DNA of 64,000 nucleotides from a virus (taxonomy: Duplodnaviria; Caudoviricetes): positions 13,498-77,497 of IMG/VR virus record IMGVR_UViG_2534681837_000002; one strand, given 5' to 3'. The notes below the pieces were generated by a model, which was given only the letters and a program-made list of their open reading frames with translations, did not search any database and was not told where the DNA came from. The translations under genes were made by a program, and so were the position numbers. Positions 58,548 through 64,000 of the stretch are shown here, in pieces; the stretch's first letter is position 1, and the number at the start of each line of letters is the position of its first letter.

Positions 58548-59282
58548 ATGCTAAAAGAAAAGAACACACAACCTCAGGTAGAAAATAAAGAGGAAATAAA
58601 GAGGATAGTAACGGAAGAAGCCGTTTCAGAAAACCCGTTTATAAACATGTATGATGCGGTAAGGCGTGCTATCGATACAGTCAAGGAAGATGAAGACAAC
58701 CCGCTCAGCCCGCCTTTCTTTAAAACTGTTGAAATAGACAGCGGGCAATTTGAGCGTATAATTCGTGATGAAAACTTGGAATACGAAGTTGCCTTTCCTG
58801 CCATATTCATCCATTTTATCAATGTGAGATACCTTGTCCAGCAACAGCGGCTGGGTGAAGGCAGGGCCACAATGCGCATTAGGTTTATCCTGAACAATCT
58901 CAATAACCGTGATTCTACAGTTGAATGTGCCCCATTTTCTGTTTTCCAACGTATCAATGTCGCCATTCAGGACGCAAAGAACCATGAACCTGCACTGAAC
59001 GAAAGGTGTAATCTGACATACTTTGATATGCCGCGAACAGTTAATATGCTTCAAGCATATTGGATAGACTATGAAGTTTGGTTCCGGGAGTCTACAGCAT
59101 GGAAGTACCGAAATTGGGTGGAGAGATATTTGGTCATGCCGCCCTTTACCGATCACACCGACGCACCGGGACACGATACAGGTGGGCATAAAGTTCACCC
59201 CAAACCTGATTATGAAGAAGCAACAGGTTTCAGACCTTCTGTTGAAAATCCGGAAGCCGATGGTGAGGAAGAAGGTGTATAA
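58548..59282 (+). CDS. Structural hypothetical protein (neck/tail terminator-like)
   Basis: Start MLKEKN at 58548; position in the module. Confidence 0.6.
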   Translation: MLKEKNTQPQVENKEEIKRIVTEEAVSENPFINMYDAVRRAIDTVKEDEDNPLSPPFFKTVEIDSGQFERIIRDENLEYEVAFPAIFIHFINVRYLVQQQRLGEGRATMRIRFILNNLNNRDSTVECAPFSVFQRINVAIQDAKNHEPALNERCNLTYFDMPRTVNMLQAYWIDYEVWFRESTAWKYRNWVERYLVMPPFTDHTDAPGHDTGGHKVHPKPDYEEATGFRPSVENPEADGEEEGV

Positions 59283-59366
59283 CCTGTAACCCTGAAAAGA
59301 AGCGGGCAAGGTTCTGCAAACATTTATAATTGTCTTTATCTATTCTTGTGAAACTAACCTTAAATT

Positions 59367-60647
59367 ATGGACACAAATGAATTTAAAAACATCGTCGGAG
59401 AAGTACGCCCCAACGAAATTGCGACAATACGCTTCTTCGGGAAAGTAACAGAGGAGTCTACCGCCATATTTAATTCTGAATTTGATTTTCTGGAAAACGT
59501 CATACGCCCGTCAGCGATACGGGTACTCATCAATTCCGAGGGCGGCTCTGTGCTTTACGGAATGAGTACCTATTCAACAATCCAAAACTCTAAAATTAAA
59601 ACAGAATGTATCATCGAGGGTATGGCTGCGTCGATGGGGTCCGTACTTTGGGCAGCAGGTAACCGTTCCCTGATGCGTGACTATTCCATATTGATGATCC
59701 ACAACCCCTTCTTGCCGGAATCCGAAGATAAGGAGTGTTCCGATATGGTGAAAGCCTTTGTAGGACAGATCGAAACCATATATAGAAAAAGGTTCGGGCT
59801 CACGAAAGAACAAGTAAAGGCTATTATGGATGGGAAAGCCGGACGGGATGGGACATTCTTTGATGCGAAAACAGCTGTTAGTGCCGGTATCATCCCTGCA
59901 GAAAATATTCTGAAAACAACCAAGCAGCTTTGCGAAAAAGTCAAAAATGCAATGAATGGCATTGAGGATATCGATAAAATTCAAAATATGATGGAAACAT
60001 TCAACCTGGAAGCGGTTGACGCAGTGGAAGACGAAAATAAACTAAATGAAGAAGAAAAAACTACTCTTGAACAAAAAGAAAACAACGAACACAAAATTAA
60101 TATGGCAGAAGAAAGAACAATCCCATTTGAATATGCCGCCGTAGCAGCATCATTAGGCATGAAAGAAACTTTTGAACCTAAAGACGTTATGGCACGAATC
60201 TCTGAACTAATCTCAGTAGAAGCTAGACTCACCGAAACACAACGAAACCTGAGTGATGCAAATACTGTAATTGCCGGTAGAGATGCTACCATACAAAATC
60301 TGCAAAAAGATTTGGAAAGCGTGACGAGCAAACTCACTGTATTCGAACAAAAAGAACTGGAAGAGAGAAACTCAAAGATTAACAAACTGGTGGATGATGC
60401 TATCGAAGCAGGGAAAATCGGCAAGGAAACCAAACCCCAATGGGTAAGCATGGCAGAAGCTAACTTTACTTTGGCTGAAAGCACGTTGAGTTCTATTCCA
60501 GCGCGTGAACAAATTACCCAGGAGATTGCAAATGATCCAAAAAACATTCAGGCTGCTACAGAAACGATTAAAACTGTAGAAGAGAAAATGTCTGAAAAGG
60601 TAAATGCCGTTGTAGGAGAAAAATTTGAATTCAAAAGGCTTGAATAA
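59367..60647 (+). CDS. ClpP-like prohead protease fused to coiled-coil scaffold
   Basis: INSEGGSV, IEGMAASMGS, LMIHNP, then coiled-coil C-terminus. Confidence 0.9.
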   Translation: MDTNEFKNIVGEVRPNEIATIRFFGKVTEESTAIFNSEFDFLENVIRPSAIRVLINSEGGSVLYGMSTYSTIQNSKIKTECIIEGMAASMGSVLWAAGNRSLMRDYSILMIHNPFLPESEDKECSDMVKAFVGQIETIYRKRFGLTKEQVKAIMDGKAGRDGTFFDAKTAVSAGIIPAENILKTTKQLCEKVKNAMNGIEDIDKIQNMMETFNLEAVDAVEDENKLNEEEKTTLEQKENNEHKINMAEERTIPFEYAAVAASLGMKETFEPKDVMARISELISVEARLTETQRNLSDANTVIAGRDATIQNLQKDLESVTSKLTVFEQKELEERNSKINKLVDDAIEAGKIGKETKPQWVSMAEANFTLAESTLSSIPAREQITQEIANDPKNIQAATETIKTVEEKMSEKVNAVVGEKFEFKRLE

Positions 60648-60731
60648 AAGACCAACGACACACAAGAACTAAGCACATAAAATGGGCTAAACAGCCCAAA
60701 CAACACAAAACCTAAATCTAAAACACAAAGT

Positions 60732-61781
60732 ATGGCAGACACAGTAAATCTACTTCAGAATGGCTACGCCGGTGAGGTATTGGAGGATTTGTTGACCTAC
60801 ACAGCCCAAGGCAATGACACATTCAAGGAAGGGTTGATCCATGTGAAAAGTGGAATACAACATAAATATACTTTACCTGCGGTTAAATTGGGAGATATTA
60901 TTCAAGATAATATTCCAACCCCGCTTTCTACACATGGTGCCAAAGGTCCTGATGGCGAAAATGAATACACTTTCACAGAGAGATACCTGGAACCTCAAGA
61001 ATTCATGATTTACCTTGAGTTTAACCCTAGGGATTACGAGAAATACTGGAAATTCGCACAACCTGACGGCAATCTGGTTTTCCGCGAACTCGATCCTAAA
61101 ATCCAAGCAACCATGCTTAGGCTTCTGATTGAGAAAAAGAATGAGTACATAGGCAATGCAATTTGGACGGGTGCCAAAGGAGGCACAGTAAGTGCCGGCA
61201 TCACAGAACCAGCAGATTGCACGAAAATCGGTAGCCGAAAAGAAAAATATTTCGACGGTGTGATCAAACGTATCATAGATAATGTGAGTGCAACAGATGC
61301 CGAAACTCTGGCTGGAGGTCAGGTTATCGTGTCCGGCACGACAGAGCTAGCAGATGGAGAAGCGGTAGAACAGGCATTATATTCGATGTGGAAGAAATGC
61401 CCCAAACAAATCAGAAAAAAGAACAATCTATGTTACGTAATAGGATGGGATTCATGGGATTTATATGACCAATATGCATCCAATAAGGTTTACAAATATT
61501 CCGAAAATACAGAAACAAACAGATACAAGTTTAAAGGAAAGCGTATTGTCCCCATCGTCGGGATTCCCGAACACACCATTGTTTTAGCTGATTTTTCAAC
61601 AGGCATGGATTCTAACTTATGGATGGGTGTAGACTACGCCAATGACACTGAAGTTGTTAAGATCGACCGCCTTCAGTCAAATTCAGAACTTTTCTTCTTC
61701 CTGGCCCGTATGAAAATGGATGTGAATATCGTAAGACCGGCAGAGATTGTTATCCATACTGCCTACAAAAAGACTGTATAA
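60732..61781 (+). CDS. Probable major capsid protein (349 aa)
   Basis: Follows protease/scaffold; size; followed by terminator. Confidence 0.72.
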   Translation: MADTVNLLQNGYAGEVLEDLLTYTAQGNDTFKEGLIHVKSGIQHKYTLPAVKLGDIIQDNIPTPLSTHGAKGPDGENEYTFTERYLEPQEFMIYLEFNPRDYEKYWKFAQPDGNLVFRELDPKIQATMLRLLIEKKNEYIGNAIWTGAKGGTVSAGITEPADCTKIGSRKEKYFDGVIKRIIDNVSATDAETLAGGQVIVSGTTELADGEAVEQALYSMWKKCPKQIRKKNNLCYVIGWDSWDLYDQYASNKVYKYSENTETNRYKFKGKRIVPIVGIPEHTIVLADFSTGMDSNLWMGVDYANDTEVVKIDRLQSNSELFFFLARMKMDVNIVRPAEIVIHTAYKKTV

Positions 61782-61808
61782 CTTTAAATCTTAATTCTTT
61801 AATCTACA

Positions 61809-61838
61809 AGGGAGTGGGGCAAAACTCCATTCCCTTCT
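61809..61838 (+). terminator. Hairpin after the capsid gene
   Basis: aagggagtgg/ccattccctt stem. Confidence 0.6.
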
Positions 61839-61858
61839 TCACATTAAGAACCTAAACT

Positions 61859-62191
61859 ATGGCTAAACTAAAAAATACGGCAGAAGACGAAACACAAAAC
61901 ACTGAGGTAAAAGAAGAAACTCCTGCATCAACACCCAAAGAAAAACAAAAAGAACAGGAGAAACAGGAAGAGTTGGCATCGGTAGTCCCACTCAAAAAAA
62001 CGGCTGCTAAGAATGGCATGACGGAACATGAACCTGATGCACAAGTAACAGCTATTTTGAAAGTTAACTGCAAATATCAGGAACTGTATGTCGACAAGCA
62101 GGGAAGCGTTTATACTATTGACACACTGCCGAACATCAGAAAGAATGCGATCCTCTATAAAAATCCTTTTTACAAACCTTTATACATGTAA
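61859..62191 (+). CDS. Hypothetical protein with charged low-complexity N-terminus
   Basis: ORF in structural module. Confidence 0.65.
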   Translation: MAKLKNTAEDETQNTEVKEETPASTPKEKQKEQEKQEELASVVPLKKTAAKNGMTEHEPDAQVTAILKVNCKYQELYVDKQGSVYTIDTLPNIRKNAILYKNPFYKPLYM

Positions 62192-62193
62192 GA

Positions 62194-63537
62194 ATGGCAT
62201 TAGGGAATGTATTCATATCAGATACGGATGGTAATATACCATCTAACGTATCATCCGGTAATGAAAAGGTGACCGGTCTTCTGTTTGACATATCACTCCA
62301 GCCAACATTATTTACGGCAGGATATGGCAAGAACAACGAAACAAAACTAAAGCTGAACGATGTGGCATATATTACCAATCTAAAGTCTGCTGTTAAAGAT
62401 TTCGGGATTATTGAAAGGGTAAAGGCTACGGAGGATGAAGAAAACAATGTGAATCTCTTTCACGGAATCCCCTATTATCACATAAGCGAGTTTTTTCGAC
62501 TTAGTGGTAATATAAATGGAAGCGGAAAGTTATATGTCATGTTCGCAGATTGCTCGGTGTCATGGGACGCGATTGAGATAATGCAACGTGCATCCGGAGG
62601 TACTATTAATCAGTTAGGAGTTTGGACGGAACAGCCTCTGTGGAAAGACAATGGCAATGCTGATAAATATAGTTTGAACGTCGTAAAATCCATCAATGAC
62701 AAAGCTGTTGCAATGGCATCACAGAACCAGCCGCTTTCGGTTATCTTATCCGCCAATCCTTCCAATACTGGTGCAAATACTATAGAAGGCAAAAAGGTGG
62801 ACCTGAATAAGATTCCGAGTTGCATCTGTGAAGCAAGCCGTACTAGTGTTATCATTGGACAGGCATCTTCGGAATTGATATCCACCATGCAAAAGTGTAA
62901 TACCAATCACACTCCGGTTGGCTTCTTAGGTGCAGTTTTGGGGTGTCTGGCGAAAGCTAATGTACAGGAATCAGTCGCATGGGTAAAACAATTCAACTTA
63001 TTCTCTGATGGTTTTCAAGAAATCGAGTTCGGCTTTGGAGATACCAACCAAACCGATGATGAGGAATTTATCAGCCTAAACAGGTACGAATCTCTGTCTC
63101 CTGTAATGCTGGACGATCTGGACGATAAGGGATATATTTTTCCAATAAAGTATAGCGGTCGTGAAAATGGTGTTTACATTTCCAAGGATCAGACATGCTC
63201 CGCTGGAGATTATAGAACTATCGCCCGCAATAGGACAATCAACAAGTCGCGTCGTGCAGTACGCGCTGCATTATTACCCTATGTCAACAGCCCTTTGATG
63301 GTGAACCCCAGTACCGGTTTTTTGGCCCCCTCTAAAATTACATCCTTCAAGGGTATAGTAGGTGATATACTGTCAGGTATGCAAAAATCACAGGAGATTT
63401 CCGGATATGCCGTAACTATTGACGCTAACCAAAATGTACTAGTTAATGACACTTTACGTATATCATATGTCATCGTTCCAGTTGGCGTCGCTGTTAAGAT
63501 TTACGTGGAAGAAGGACTCAGTTTAACCGCAAAATAA
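62194..63537 (+). CDS. Tail sheath protein (DUF2586-like)
   Basis: YHISEFFR, RTINKSRRAVR, C-terminal I.IVPVGVA..I; directly before tube gene. Confidence 0.78.
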   Translation: MALGNVFISDTDGNIPSNVSSGNEKVTGLLFDISLQPTLFTAGYGKNNETKLKLNDVAYITNLKSAVKDFGIIERVKATEDEENNVNLFHGIPYYHISEFFRLSGNINGSGKLYVMFADCSVSWDAIEIMQRASGGTINQLGVWTEQPLWKDNGNADKYSLNVVKSINDKAVAMASQNQPLSVILSANPSNTGANTIEGKKVDLNKIPSCICEASRTSVIIGQASSELISTMQKCNTNHTPVGFLGAVLGCLAKANVQESVAWVKQFNLFSDGFQEIEFGFGDTNQTDDEEFISLNRYESLSPVMLDDLDDKGYIFPIKYSGRENGVYISKDQTCSAGDYRTIARNRTINKSRRAVRAALLPYVNSPLMVNPSTGFLAPSKITSFKGIVGDILSGMQKSQEISGYAVTIDANQNVLVNDTLRISYVIVPVGVAVKIYVEEGLSLTAK

Positions 63538-63544
63538 ATAATGC

Positions 63545-64000
63545 ATGGCAATAATTAACAACGTAGCTTACTCGTGGAGCATGATTACTCTTGCTTCTAC
63601 CGCATTAGCCATTGATGAAGGCAGTACGACGCTTGAAGGGGTTAGCGGGGTCAAATGGAACAAAAAGCGTAAAATCGAATCCAACTACGGAATGGGTGGC
63701 AAGCCTGTAAGTAGAGGATTTGGAAACATAACCTATACGGCTTCAATCACTATGGACTATGCTACACAACAGATGTTACGTAGTACCTATGGTAGTTTAA
63801 TGGACATCGGTGAGTTTGATTTGATCATTAGTTTTGCCAATCCAATGGCGAGCGACGATTGGACCACTACCAGCGTTACTTTAAAAGGGTGTATCTTTGC
63901 TGAAGATGGTATGGAAAGCCAGCAAGACGATACAAATATTACACATGAGTTTGACTTAAATCCCTTTGATATAGTTATCGGGGATGCTATGTCTATATAG
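63545..64000 (+). CDS. Tail tube protein
   Basis: INNVAYSWSMI...YGMGGKPVSRGFGN...TLKGC.F pattern after sheath. Confidence 0.75.
   Translation: MAIINNVAYSWSMITLASTALAIDEGSTTLEGVSGVKWNKKRKIESNYGMGGKPVSRGFGNITYTASITMDYATQQMLRSTYGSLMDIGEFDLIISFANPMASDDWTTTSVTLKGCIFAEDGMESQQDDTNITHEFDLNPFDIVIGDAMSI

Noticed and set aside
55815-59350. Shared CTATTC hexamer upstream of the portal and protease genes as a late promoter
   Set aside because: Only two short copies in AT-rich DNA; not distinguishable from chance without more genomes.
1-64000. Stop-codon reassignment (code 15 or 4)
   Set aside because: Long genes are intact in code 11, and TAG/TGA end genes that are followed at once by the next gene. 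The two in-frame stops are of different types.

Overview
Segment of a large tailed phage or prophage of a Bacteroidales host. The host call rests on TAnnTTTG -7 promoter boxes and Bacteroides-type lipoproteins and AraC. Standard genetic code. 1-49.7 kb is an almost uniformly minus-strand block of small, mostly hypothetical accessory genes (short tyrosine recombinase, LPD28-, DpnD/PcfM-, GP88-, DUF932- and DUF3560-like proteins, XRE). It carries a complete group IIC intron inserted behind a terminator (14971-16893) and a plus-strand islet made of a 6S-like rod RNA plus AraC (20.6-21.3 kb). 49.7-51.2 kb is a divergent non-coding region. 52.6-55.6 kb holds HTH, KilA-N/Bro and NUMOD1-like regulators. 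55.8-64 kb is a contractile-tail morphogenesis module (DUF935 portal, MuF, gpG-like, Clp protease/scaffold, capsid, sheath, tube). The most striking feature is a second, non-intron, non-DGR reverse transcriptase (42572-43837, YSDD). It is followed directly by an array of six ~135-190 nt non-coding units, each with an invariant CTTTA-N7-GAT flank, a long variable hairpin and a YCTTG flank. Two putative partner genes follow, then a seventh orphan unit (39820-39945). This looks like a multi-template, retron-like RT/ncRNA-array system. Family names come from motif recognition by eye, not database searches. Five accessory genes appear disrupted, through real decay or assembly errors.
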